This document shows, in pieces, positions 12,577 to 24,949 of a stretch of DNA of 64,000 nt. The notes under the pieces were generated by a model. That model searched no databases, was not told where the DNA came from, and saw only the letters and a list, made by a program, of their open reading frames with translations. The stretch comes from Octopus vulgaris (taxonomy: Eukaryota). Location of the stretch: assembly GCA_951406725.2 (NCBI GenBank), contig OX597820.1:105710001-105774000 (forward strand), given 5' to 3'. Numbering within the stretch: position 1 is the first letter of the stretch; each line of letters starts with the position of its first letter. The position numbers and the translations under genes were made by a program.

Positions 12577-13414
12577 TGCTCAGTCATGCAATAAATTAAT
12601 AAATAAAATATATGCATACATACAAACATATATGTACGTACCTACATCTACATGTATATATACATGCATATATAAATATATATATGTGAGTACAGGACAC
12701 CACAAATAGACGTAGAACTCAACGAGAAACGAAAACGTAAAAACAAACAGGGAAACGGACTTTTTTTAACAACGAAAAAACAGTACAAGACAAACAATAC
12801 AAGGAAAATTCCCCTTCATCAGCTGTCCCTAGTTCGACTCCATGCGTGTTTCGAAGGTAAGGACAGAACACGACTCGTCGAACTAGCCCTTCCTGCGAAA
12901 GAATTAAATAAAATTCCATTGCAGAGGGGTAAAAACAAGGAAAGAAAAAAATGTGACAAAAATAGGACGTAAAAACAATACAAAATAAAAAAAAACAAAT
13001 ACAAAAAAATACAGTATAAGTAAAGAATAAAAACAGGACAAGGAAACAAACATTGAGGGCTTTTTTTTAGCCTAGATGATGGAAAAATTCAAGAGCGCAG
13101 GAAAAAAGCATGTTCACTTGTAGGAGGCTGCCAGCGAAAGGAAGTGGTCGACTCGGCTGTGTGAGAGAGAGATATATAGAGAGGAAAGGAAACCAGAAAG
13201 GGTGAAAAATAAGAAGGAGAGAGACAGGCAAAGAGGAAGACAGACAGGATGGAAGGGAAGGTCAAGCAAAGGGTTACAGAGTTTCGCGTCATAATTATAT
13301 ATAAAAACTTACTTGGAGAACAGAAAAGAAACGAAACGACGCGAGGGTGCTCAGTCATGCAATAAATTAATAAATAAAATATATGCATACATACATACAT
13401 ACATATATGTACGT
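12577..13414. mobile_element. Penelope-like pseudo-LTR module with ~65-bp terminal direct repeat (12577-12645 / 13348-13414)
   Basis: tgctcagtcatgcaataaattaataaataaaatatatgcatacatac occurs twice; partial tandem duplication is typical of PLE pLTRs (inference). Confidence 0.5.
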
Positions 13415-14950
13415 GCCCCTGGGAGCTCCTATATGCTGATGACTTTGCTCTGATTGCTGAGTCATTATCAGATCTAGAGGAAAAGTTTCAGGTGTGGAAG
13501 CAAGGATTACAATCAAAAGGCCTTAGAGTCAACCTAGCTGAAAACAAAGTCTTAATAAGTAGGAAGGCAGACAAACCACAAATCCCTTCTTGATCTGTAG
13601 AAAGGGCGTAAGTAGAAACTCTATAAGATGTACCTAGTGTAAGCTATGGACACATAAGAGGTGCAGTAATCTCAAAGGAAGGCTAACTAGGAAGATAGTT
13701 TTTGTATGTGGCAGATGCTCGGGAGCAATAAACACTGAAAATGTGCAGAGAACAGCTTCTGTCGCATTCCAGGGAGAAAAACTACAAATAGTTAATAGCT
13801 TCCGTTACCTAGGGGACCAAGTCAGTAGTGGGGGTGGATGCTCTGAAAGTGTAGCTGCTAGAATAAGAATAGCCTGAGTAAAGTTCAGAGAGCTCCTACC
13901 TTTGCTGGTGACAAAGGGTCTCTTGCTCAGTGTAAAAGGTAGACTGTATGACACATGTGTACGAACAGCCATGCTACATGGCAGGGAAACGTGGGCTGTG
14001 ACTGCTGAGGACATGCATAAACTTGCAAGGAATGAAGCCAGTACGCTTCGCTGGATATGTAATGTCAGTGTGCATACACGACAGTGCGTTATCACCCTGA
14101 GAGAAAAGTTGGGTTTAAGAAGCATCAGATGTGGTGTGCAAGAGAGACGACTGCGCTGATATGGTCATGTGTTGCAAATGAATGAGGACAGCTGTATGAA
14201 AAACTGTTACACTCTAGCAGTTGAGGGAACCTATGGAAGAGGTAGACCCAGGAAAACCTGGGATGAGGTGAAGCATGACCTTTGAACATTGGGTCCTACT
14301 GAGGCAATGACTAGTGACTGAGACCTTTGGAGATATACTGTGTTTGAAAAGACCTGACAAGCTAAGTGAGACCATGGCCCATGGCCTATGCCAGTGGGTG
14401 TAACTGGCCCACCTATGAGTATCCCTCATTCATTGGACAATGTACTTTGCTTGCGAAGACCTATTGAGGCAAGCGAGAACAAATCAAAATCGCTGACGTG
14501 GCCGATGACAGCACCACCTGATTCACAATCGTGCCAGTGGAACATTAAAAGTACATCCGAGCATGAGCATTGCCAGGGTCACGGATTGGCTCTTGTGCTG
14601 GTGGCACGTGAAAAGCACCATTCAAGCATGATTGTTGCCAGAGTCGCCCTACTGTCACATGAAAAACAACATTCGAGCATGGTCGTTGCCAGTGTCACTG
14701 GACTGGTTCCCATGCAGGTAGCATGTAAAAACACCTTTTGAGCATGGTCGTTGCCAGAACCGCCTGTCTGGCCCTTGTGCCAGTGATACATAAAAGCACC
14801 CACTACACTCTCGGAGTTGTTGGTGTTAGAAAGGGCATCCAGCTGTAGAAACTTTTCCAGATCAGATTGAGCCTGTGCAGCCTCTGGCTCACCAGCCCTC
14901 AGTCAAACTGTCCATGCAAAGCGGACGTTTAAATGACGATGATGATGATA
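13415..14950 (+). pseudogene. 5'-truncated RTE-clade LINE (RT C-terminus + 3' UTR + (GAT)n tail)
   Basis: PWELLYADDFALIAES at 13417; ORF 13902-14159 KGRLYDTCVRTAMLHGRETW; GRGRPRKTWDE downstream; stops and frameshifts. Confidence 0.9.
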
Positions 14951-14964
14951 TTTGTGTATATGAA

Positions 14965-15027
<63 letters not shown>

Positions 15028-15051
15028 GTGGAAAGGAACACACGAGTTGAT

Positions 15052-15489
15052 ATATATGAAAAAACAAGTCAAAAATAGAAAATGCTAAGATGATTTTATA
15101 GTGAATCTTTCAGTACCGGTTTCGGTAATTTTGAGACCTTTTCAACTGTAACGATTAAATAATTAAATTTAGAAAAATTAGAAGACAAGTTTTTTTAAAA
15201 GAATATTTCTGTAGTTGTGTTCAGATATAAGTAGCATTCTGCCTTTCTCTGACTCCCTTGTTTGCACTTGTGTGTTCGAGACACAAGTGCAAACAAGGGA
15301 GTCAGAGAAAGGCAGAATGCTACTTATATCTGAACACAACTACAGAAATATTCTTTTAAAAAAACTTTTCTTCTAATTTTTCTAAATTTAATTATTTAAT
15401 CGTTACAGTTGAAAAGGTCTCAAAATGACCGAAACCGGTACTGAAAGATTCACTATAAAATCATCTTAGCATTTTCTATTTTGACTTGT

Positions 15490-15500
<11 letters not shown>
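15052..15500. repeat. Near-perfect palindrome, ~220-bp arms, ~7-nt loop (15274-15280), between (TA)n tracts
   Basis: ...tttgcacttgtgt gttcgag acacaagtgcaaa...; the arms match to their ends. Confidence 0.95.
15406..15443 (+). ncRNA. Minimal hammerhead motif, U3-A8 core (mirror copy on - strand at 15111-15148)
   Basis: cag TTGAAAA ggtc tcaaaat gacc GAA ACCGGT A ctg. Confidence 0.65.
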
Positions 15501-15533
<33 letters not shown>

Positions 15534-16078
15534 ATAGTAATGCAATACGAGAGTATTGCTTTCCAGTAAAGAATAGCCCGTGAGGGAAAATTATACATAA
15601 AAGCAAATAAATGGACCAACGAAGTACCGATATTTACTGGAAAATAGCGAACGTAATAAATATGACGCTAATGTATAGCTTCACTGCGTATGTACTAGCA
15701 AAAATGCGTGTGTGCAACAAACTTGAAAAAAATTGTCTTACCTCCAGGGAGAACATCTGAAAGTTGAAATACCTAGAAAGGGATAATGTGGTACCGGTTT
15801 CAGATTTTTCAAAATATGTCTGCCCACATATATTTGATTTATCTTCATCAGCCAACATATACCTCGACAACATTTCAAATGTTGCCACATCCATGCCAAT
15901 ACACTCGACTGAACGCCAAAACGTTGACAGAATGAGAACCGTGAAGAAGTTTCAATAAAAATAGTAATGCAATACGAGAGTATTGCTTTCCAGTAAAGAA
16001 TAGCCCGTGAGGGAAAATTATACATAAAAGCAAATATCCAGTAAATATCGGTACTTCGTTGTGACATTTATTTGCTTT

Positions 16079-16086
<8 letters not shown>
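15534..16086 (-). mobile_element. Penelope-type pLTR module with direct repeat, inverted tail and hammerhead
   Basis: Direct repeat 15534-15609 / 15961-16036; inverted repeat 15592-15641 / 16037-16086; (TA)n on both sides. Confidence 0.7.
15786..15858 (-). ncRNA. Canonical-core type-I hammerhead ribozyme motif
   Basis: Minus strand: tgg CTGATGA agat[..tcaaa tatatgt gggcag acatat tttga..]atct GAA ACCGGT A cca. Confidence 0.8.
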
Positions 16087-16136
<50 letters not shown>

Positions 16137-16242
16137 AGAGTAAATACATGTATATGTATGTATGTATATGTAAATTTCCTCTATTTACATAATATTGAGG
16201 TCTCTTTCTTTCTTTTGTTATCTTACCGTTTTTACCAATATA

Positions 16243-17290
16243 TACCTACTTTTTGATTCATGCCACCCAAGACACACTAAAACAAACATCCCCTTCAACC
16301 TTGCAAGAAGGATATGCACAATAGTGTCAGAACAAAATACCAGGAACTTTAGACTGCAAGAACTCAAAAACACCCTAATTGACAGACATTACCCAGCTCA
16401 ACTCATGGAGGATGGGATCAGACGTGCAACAGAAATCAACATAGAAACTTTGAGAAAAGTTCAACACAACAACACACCTTCCCCGAAAATACTACCTTAC
16501 ATATCCACATACAACCCCAGAAACAAAGAAGCCTTCACCATCATCACCCAGAATTTACCAATACTTCATAAGGACCCCAAATTAAAGGGAATTCTAAACA
16601 TACACCAAGTCATTAAAAGCTACAAACAACCTAAATCACTTAAAAAGATACTCACAAAGGCAAAATTGTTTTCTGAAATTACGGATGCAAAAGTAAAAAA
16701 ATGTGGTAGACCGAACTGTGCAACATGTCCAAACCTGCTAGAAGGATCAGAATTCCTCTTCAAAGAGGGACAGAAATTCAAGATCAAATCTAATTTTACT
16801 TGTGCCTCTGAAAACATAATTTATGTCATATGATGCTCGGGCTGCCACCAAAACTACGTGGGGTCCACGGGACTATCACTCAGACGTAGATGCACACTGC
16901 ATCGACAACAGATTGCATTCCCAGAATACAGAATGATACCCTTTAGTGAGCACATTGAGAAATGCGCAAAGCAACTACTACCACAATTTTTAATCTTTCC
17001 ATTTTACCAATGTGCTATCGGAACACCAACACAAATTAGACTAAACAAGTAAACATTCTTCATTGAAAAATACAAGCCCAAACTTAACCATTCCAACATT
17101 CTTATACAGAGAAACTCCCCCCCCCCCAAAAAAAATGCAAGAAATATTAAGCGATTACACCGGAAGAAATCACTTATTACCTCCCCTTATCTGGAACTCT
17201 ACTTTACACTTCTCAACGAAAACATAACGATGTAAGAAATTTGAAAAGCTGAACGCGAAACCGGTCATTTCTTCAAAAACTATGTCATTG
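16243..17290 (+). pseudogene. 5'-truncated Penelope-like element: RT C-terminus, Cys linker, GIY-YIG endonuclease, 3' pLTR
   Basis: YLLFDSCHPRHTKTNIPFNLARRICTI; CGRPNCATC; FTCASENIIYVI*CSGCHQNYVGSTG..LRRRCTLHRQ; premature stops. Confidence 0.9.
17234..17273 (+). ncRNA. Minimal hammerhead motif, U3-A8 core, 3' of the Penelope ORF
   Basis: aagaaat TTGAAAA gc tgaac gc GAA ACCGGT C atttctt: 7-bp stem I, GUC site, palindromic stem III. Confidence 0.75.
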
Positions 17291-17844
17291 CATGAAAAAA
17301 ATTTATAACATTCTTCTGACATAATGACTCAAATATATATTTTTTAACCTTTTAAAACAAGCCTTCTGTAGTTTTTTCCCTTTTTACTATTTTATATATA
17401 TATATATATATACATACATGTATTTTCCCCCAAAAATTTCATTAAAGTGGCAGCATATTAAAATACCATTAAAGGTGAATATTATAAACAAGGGCAAAAG
17501 AAAAAAAGATTTCCATGGCAATATGTTGAGAATAGACTTTAAATCGTCAATCACCACATTACAATATACATTCGCCATGAATTCACGTCGTGCAGAAATC
17601 GAGGAAGGCAAGCTAACAGAAGTTTTAAAAATTCGTTATATTGAATCAATTTTGGGATTAATCCCACGGATTTTCCTTCTTCAGTAGAGAATACGATAAG
17701 AAATAAATGAAATACTTACAAACAGAGGGAAGAGTCATGGGTACACATGAGTACCCCAGTTATATCTAAATGTAAAATCCTTTAGCAAGCCTCAGCACAC
17801 GTGTGACTGGTCACGAACCACATCTTTTAGTGGTTACCAGTATA

Positions 17845-17876
<32 letters not shown>

Positions 17877-18118
17877 CAAAATTAGAAAATGGAGAAACAT
17901 ACTTAAATCAATCAAACATCAACCATCAGATGATACCCAATCAATACTTTATTACACCATTACATAACAGCAAAGGCATTATACAAAATATACTGTAAAT
18001 ATAATTAGACAAGGAAATAGAAATATAAAATATAATATATAATTATATCATATCTGACAGCTGTTTCGGCCGTGAGGACAAGTATGCCTCATTTAACCTA
18101 TAAGCCATATAAGGCAGG

Positions 18119-18148
<30 letters not shown>

Positions 18149-18149
<1 letters not shown>

Positions 18150-18419
18150 CACCGTGACCGACCAAGCTATCAGATGTTGCTACACATCGCTGGTCACAAT
18201 GCGCTTCGCATTGTTTTAGCCTTCAAATGACGCCACCCCGCTGGCTAAGCGAGCAGGCCGACAGAAGAAAGAGAGAGAGAAAGTTGTGATGAAAGAGTAC
18301 AGCAGTGGAGCTTTAGGTGTTTTCGCTCAATAAACACTCACAACGCCCAGTCTGGGAATCGAAACTGTGATCCTACAACCGCGAGTCCGCTGCCCTAACC
18401 ACTGGGCCATTGTGCCTCC
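18149..18419 (-). mobile_element. tRNA-derived SINE (second family)
   Basis: Head ggaggcacaaTGGCCCAGTGGttagggcagcggactc...GTTTCGATTCCc with A and B boxes; inserted in (TA)n. Confidence 0.8.
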
Positions 18420-18424
18420 ATATA

Positions 18425-18482
<58 letters not shown>

Positions 18483-19294
18483 AAAATTATATATAAAAAT
18501 ACAAAATGGGACAAGAACGCAAAACACACGAAGAGACGACACAAAAAACGGACGGGTCATTCGAAGCCTCTAATCTTCAGTCAGGAACCGGATCATCCTC
18601 GCAATTTCGGCTGATTAATCCTGAGATCGCTCCGATCCGGCCAGCCCCAAGGAAAAACTAAGCTACGAGCATTAGATTTCTTGGGAAAAGGATCGAATGT
18701 ATACGAAACAAGGACAGAAAAACGGACGATGCCACACGAATATAAATACAAAAAACAAAAATAAAAAACAAGAATAGTAATAACAGGACAAAAACAGCGG
18801 GTGTCTTACGACTTTAGACAGTTTAACTTATCTTAGCTGGCGTATTTGGAAATAAATGCCTTATATATATATATATATGAGTAGAAAGTATGGGGATATA
18901 ATTCACAAGTGATCTAAATGATTAGGTATGCTAGATAAGTGCTGTAACAGATTAGTAGGGCTCCGAGGTTATAACCAAGACAGTAGTCATGGAGCCATTG
19001 CAGATTTCTGATGCAGCGGATATATAATTGTTAAAGAGGACAACAAATGTTAAGGCAAAGTAAACATTTCAATAACAATTATATATATATATGTATATAT
19101 AGGAGGAGAATTCACAAAAAAATAAAAGATGAAGACAGGTGGTGTAGACAACAAAGAGATGTATTAGTATAACGTTCGGGAGTGAAAAAGTCGTTTCGAG
19201 CCTACGCTCTTCCACAGAAAGCTACACAGAAAGAAACAAGGAGAGAAAAAAAAAAGAATGTGTAGTAGCTAGCGATCTATCATGGTGAATGATA

Positions 19295-19345
<51 letters not shown>

Positions 19346-20626
19346 TCAATTTTTCATTTAATGAAAATTTTGTTAAACGAAAATTCCATTTAACGATCCC
19401 CAAAATTTCATTTTGCAAAGTTTTGTGTATAAACTCTCGACATAGATGATATTTAATGAAATTCAAAATGACAAATACATAAAAAAGATTTTAAAGGAAT
19501 TTTAGAAATATTTTTGGTATTTTTTGATAAATTTAATATAATATAATGATATGTTTATCACTTGTATTTGTATAATAACGAAAGACAGGATTATTCAAAT
19601 AGGCTACGATGCCAGGAACAACAAAATAGCTTATTTTGCCAGTTGTGCAACTAGTATCCTTTACATGAATATGTACACTGGTTAGTTCAATGTCTGATAT
19701 ATGTTAGATGAGTTCATAACTTTATTCCTTAAATGATCAGTTATTTTAACGTGGTATGTGTAAACATGTAAATGAAGTATTATTTGAGATAGACTCCTTA
19801 AGAGCGTCAGTGCAGTGGTTGTGTGAGATGTGTAGGCAGGACTTGAACATCATATACAAAAACCACAACTATATAGTATATAGCATATGAAAGCTTTAGT
19901 TTTAAAGTTTGTGTCAAAGTGGAGGTTAATCCCCAAAAAACATTTTATGGAAATGTATAATGACTTTCTCCCATGGTGTCCCTAAAGTCCTTATGCGTTA
20001 AAATATAACATCAAATGCTTTAAATTTATTTTTTATTTGTAAATAAGGATAGATAATCTACAAGCATATAAGTTGTATTTGTTCCATAAATTTGTTTAAT
20101 ATCCTCTAGAATTAACGAGTACTCATTCATTAAGGAACGAGCACACTAGATTATAATTTGTTTTTAAAAATGTGTGTAAGATGTTTTAACTATCCGAGTT
20201 GGATTTTTACAAAATTTTGCGTAAAAAACAACCAGTCATGACTATATTACTATTAACATATTCTGCAAATTAGATTTGTTTGGACAGTCACACTGACGAT
20301 CTACGGACAAATTGCATAAGTAAAATTACATATGTTAATAGTGAAACATATCTGAATAATCCATATTTTTGTTGCTTTTCTTTTGTCTTGCTCAATTAAG
20401 TTCTGGTGTTTGCTAAATTTTTCTTGAGAACATTTCTTGGTGATAAGACCATAGCGGATCTACCTCTAGCATAAGGGTTGTCCACATAGTGGTCATCCCT
20501 CTCATGTATATAATACAATTTACTGAACCTTCAGATTTTAATATGCTAGACCACTGGTGTGAAATTGATGTTAATTAAATTAAATTACTATCCAATTTCT
20601 CATCCTCATTTTAAATTTATATATAT

Positions 20627-20669
<43 letters not shown>

Positions 20670-20684
20670 TGAATATATATATAT

Positions 20685-21700
20685 TGTTACGTAACCACCT
20701 GCCGTCGCTCAACTCGAACCCGGGACCTTACCAAGTCGAGCGACGGCGATTGCACCGGCCCAGTCGATCGGGGAATTCGCCGCGCAGAAAGAGAGGACTC
20801 GGTGGTGGGGATGGCAGCGGCGAACTCGGCAACCGGCGACCGGAGAGAACAACAACAACAGGAAGAGATACAGAGAGAGACGGCGGAAGGCAATTGGCTT
20901 ACTTTTAACAACAGTTTAAACACAGTTTATGACAATCATTACAACATCAAATACATCAAAGAAAATACATGCAAGAAAACAAGAAAACAACAAATCAAAG
21001 GATGCAGATACAGTTCAGAGACAACAGTTCAAATCACATTAATGTTCACGATACATTAAAGTCTTTCTCTTTCTTTTGCTTTACTTCAACACAACTCAAC
21101 GACACAGTTCTTTTCACAATCTCATTTCTTTTACATTTCTCTTTTCTTTAATTCAGTACTTCTTCCTCCTTTTTTTTAACACAACAATTCTTTTTTCTTT
21201 AACAACTCTTTTTTCCCACCACATCAAAATATAAACAAAAATATACCGCAAGTTTCTTCGTTTACAAACTCCCACTACTAATAGCCATGCCTTCTCGCCG
21301 TAATCTCTCTCAGTTCCTTAATCCTATCTGCCTGTCTTTCTCAACCTTTCATCCTCTCACTGTCTGTCTGTCCTTCTCAACGATGTAGTTGCCTTCGCCA
21401 TCGCCACCTTCTTGGCTGACCGTCCGCATCACTCCTGTCTCTGGCCAAAACTGACGACCGACTGAACACAATCCCAACTGCCGACTCCGACTGACTCCCT
21501 TCGACTGACTGCAAAACTCCAGCGCGTCGCGTTTTTAAAGGGGAGGTTTCTCGACCCTTCCTTGACCAGAACAAGGCCAAAGGTCTCCGAATACATAAAC
21601 CTCCCCAAAAACCGACAGGACAAAAGATCTACCCGTCTCCCCGACGCCAAACCACAAACGTAGGTCGCAGCACGCAGCCTCCGAACTGACCTCCATAACA
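20685..21700. mobile_element. Solo LTR (~1016 bp)
   Basis: TGTTA...TAACA termini, ATAT on both sides inside a (TA)n tract, GC-richer than flanks, no internal ORF. Confidence 0.7.
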
Positions 21701-21708
21701 ATATATAT

Positions 21709-21757
<49 letters not shown>

Positions 21758-21840
21758 TCATCATCATCATCATTTAACGTCCGCTTTCCATGCTAGCATG
21801 GGTTGGACATATACGGTGTCCATATACGGTTGGATATATA

Positions 21841-23099
21841 CGGTGTCCATAAAGTCTTTTTACAATTTAAAAATTTATTACAAAGACAATTGATAAGATA
21901 TCTTAATCAAACTTGTTCCATTGTACTCAGTGGTTTTCAAAGTTTTTTCACCTCATTTAATGCACCTCTATGGGCACCACTAGTTGCATGAAGCATATCA
22001 AGATGGTACTCGATTTCTTGCGATGTCTGCTGTAGCATAACCTCATCAATGGTTGCAATCACATCTGTTATCTTTTGCTTTAGTTCAGTAATGTCCCGTA
22101 TCTTTGTTCGATACATGATATCTTTAACAAAGCCCCATAGAAAGAAATCCAGAGGTGTGATATCTAGTGAATGTGGTGGCCACGGAATTGGCTCATCCCT
22201 TCCAATCCCAAATGTTTGATTGAGGAACCCACGAACAATGTGGTGGGGCACCATTTTGCTGAAAATGATGGTCGGTTAAAGGTCCTGGAGTTGTGGTGCC
22301 ACATATTCAGTCAAAGGGTCAAGGCAGACATTAGCAGTAATTAATCTCTCATTGAAGAAAAATGGACCAATAATTCGATTGCACATAATCCCTCACCGGA
22401 CATTCACTTTGGAACTATCTCACTGAACTTCGCTAGTCATGTGGGGGTGTTCTGATCCCCAGATTCTCACATTGTGTTTGTTCAATTTTCCTGAAATATG
22501 AAAGGTTGCCTAATCACTGAAACAAACTTGCCTAAGGAATGTTTCATCTTCAGAAATTAGTTCATCTTGGTTTATCATCTAGCTCGATTGCCTGTAGGAC
22601 TTGCACTTGTGTAGGACCTTGTGTACTGTTGAAAGTGATAGCTCTAACCGTCTGGCAGCAGTACAGATGGATTTTGTGGGAGAATAAGAAAAGGTTTTTC
22701 TTACATGATCAATGCTTTCCTCTGATGTTCTTGGTCGCCCACTCCTCTTTCTATCTAACACTATCCCTGTTTCCGTAAATTCTTTGTGCCATGCATGAAT
22801 TAATGGATGTGGTGGTAGATCTCTTCCATACTTTGTTCTGTAGTTTCGTTGAGTTTGCATATCCAATTTTATCTCAGTAAACCATGATACACATTGTGCC
22901 TTCTCTTGAAAAGTAGCCATTTCTTCGGGGGTTATTTAAAAAATGCCTCTTTAATCTGCAGGATGCCTGAAACACAAAAATCCAACGTGATTAAAAACTT
23001 TGAAAACCACTGATTATAACAGAACAGGTCTGATTAAGATAGATTATCAATTGCCTTTGTAATAAATTTTTAAATTATAAAAAGACTTTATGGACACCC

Positions 23100-23100
<1 letters not shown>
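21841..23100 (-). mobile_element. Tc1/mariner-superfamily transposon, complete outline, decayed transposase
   Basis: ~100-bp TIRs (ggtgtccataaagtctttt... / ...aaaagactttatggacacc); ORFs with HTH + RSGRP (22579-22920) and WPPHSLDITPLDFFLWGFVKD (21937-22254). Confidence 0.9.
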
Positions 23101-23173
<73 letters not shown>

Positions 23174-23240
23174 TATAGATATATATATATATATATATTA
23201 TATTAAATTAGAGATAAAACCACTATTAGGCAAATCAAAC

Positions 23241-23285
<45 letters not shown>

Positions 23286-23290
23286 AATAA

Positions 23291-23749
23291 ATAATTTACA
23301 AGATAAGGGCAAAAGAAACATTCTAATGCCAAATATGCCGAAAAAAAGACAATAATTGTCAATAAACCATCATAATTTACGCGTCTCGAAACAAACCGAT
23401 AGAAATCTCTAAAAAATTCGTTATTACCGCATTGGTCCAATTTCGGGGTTAATTCGTAAGAATTTTCCCCCTCTTCAGCGGCAAATACGCGAGATATAAG
23501 TGAAATACTTACTCATACCCATGGAAAAAGTATGAGTAAGTATTTCACTTATATCTCGCGTATTTGCCGCTGAAGAGGGGAAAATTCTTACGAATTAACC
23601 CCGAAATTGGACCAATGCGGTAATAACGAATTTTTTAGAGATTTCAATCGGTTTGTTTCGAGACGCATAAATTATAATGGTTTATTGACAATTATTGTCT
23701 TTTTTTCGGCATATTTGGCATTAGAATGTTTCTTTTGCCCTTATCTTGT

Positions 23750-23756
<7 letters not shown>
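23291..23756. repeat. Near-perfect palindrome, ~228-bp arms, 11-nt loop (23519-23529), between (TA)n tracts
   Basis: Arms match; the ORF track shows the same peptide MDQCGNNEFFRDF on both strands. Confidence 0.95.
23564..23623 (+). ncRNA. Hammerhead-like motif, C3-G8 core but G at position 17 (mirror on - strand at 23424-23484)
   Basis: ttgccg CTGAAGA gggg..cccc GAA ATTGGaCCAAT G cggtaa. Confidence 0.55.
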
Positions 23757-23814
<58 letters not shown>

Positions 23815-23815
23815 T

Positions 23816-24455
23816 AGCGGTAAATAGGCAATACCTTCTCAGAGGCTTATGCAAAGTTTTCAAGAAGTTTTCATCTTCCTCGACACAATCAAAGAAATTT
23901 TGTGCATCTGAAATCCAAAGTGCCTTTATGGTCAGCTGAAAGCAGTTTTGGCACAAACTTGGCAGACACACATCTCATGCCTAAATCTTCAGCAACGATG
24001 GACTGAACTGAACCGTAATTAATCTATACATCCTCTGATAACTCACAGATGGTGATTCGACGATTTCCCCTCATAGCTGCACGCAACGTTTTTCTCAGTT
24101 CTGCTGGTTGTGGGCCTCTCAGAACGTTCGTCGATATCGACATTTTTTCGGCCATCTTGGAAACGTCTGAAACACTCATACACTTGTGTGCGGCTCATAC
24201 ACTCCTCTCCATACACTTTCTGCAACTTTGCGTAGGCCTCTGAGCAGGTATCGCCATGACAACTTTCTCTGTCATGGTCAATACGAAGATCACACGCTAC
24301 ACACCTTCCTACTAAGCAGAAATGAGCTAGAACGTTAAAACTTAGTGCGTATGCACAGCAGAGTTCCAGATCAATTTTTGCCGAGCGGCTTCACTCTGCG
24401 TGCTTTAGCTTTATTACTATGGCAACAGTCCAGATACTCATTGATCAGACCTCGT
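23816..24455 (-). pseudogene. Mariner 5' half (TIR + N-terminal HTH region)
   Basis: Minus start TA|CGAGGTCTGATCAATGAG; QKVYGEECMSRTQVYECFRRFQDGR...DERSERPTTS; AKFVPKLL-like segment. Confidence 0.85.
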
Positions 24456-24524
24456 ATGTATGTATGTATGTATGTATGTATGTATGTATGTATGTATGTA
24501 TGTATGTATGTATGTATGTATGTA

Positions 24525-24590
<66 letters not shown>
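24455..24590. repeat. (TATG)n(TG)n microsatellite
   Basis: Directly visible. Confidence 0.95.
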
Positions 24591-24591
<1 letters not shown>

Positions 24592-24731
24592 ACGCGAGCG
24601 TATGTTTGTTCACAGTTTTTAGATCGATGAAATCAGTAAAATATGTTATTCTTTTACTAGTGAATGGAAATAAGGGCTTGTATTAGAAAGGGCAAACCTG
24701 GAAAGATCGATTAAAGCGGAAGAAAAAGCTG

Positions 24732-24790
<59 letters not shown>

Positions 24791-24949
24791 TATTGTTCAC
24801 ATAACATTTACATATATGTTATAAACGATAATACTTTGAAAACAGAAGTGTTTAACATTTAATTTCATATGCATATGCATTAATTTTGTCTCAGAGAAGA
24901 GAGCAACCTCATATGCAAACATCATTTTTCGGGACAGGAGAGTCCTTAT

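Noticed and set aside
12810-12890. GAAAC followed by CTGATGA on the minus strand (possible type-II hammerhead)
   Set aside because: No convincing stem I between the cleavage triplet and the core.
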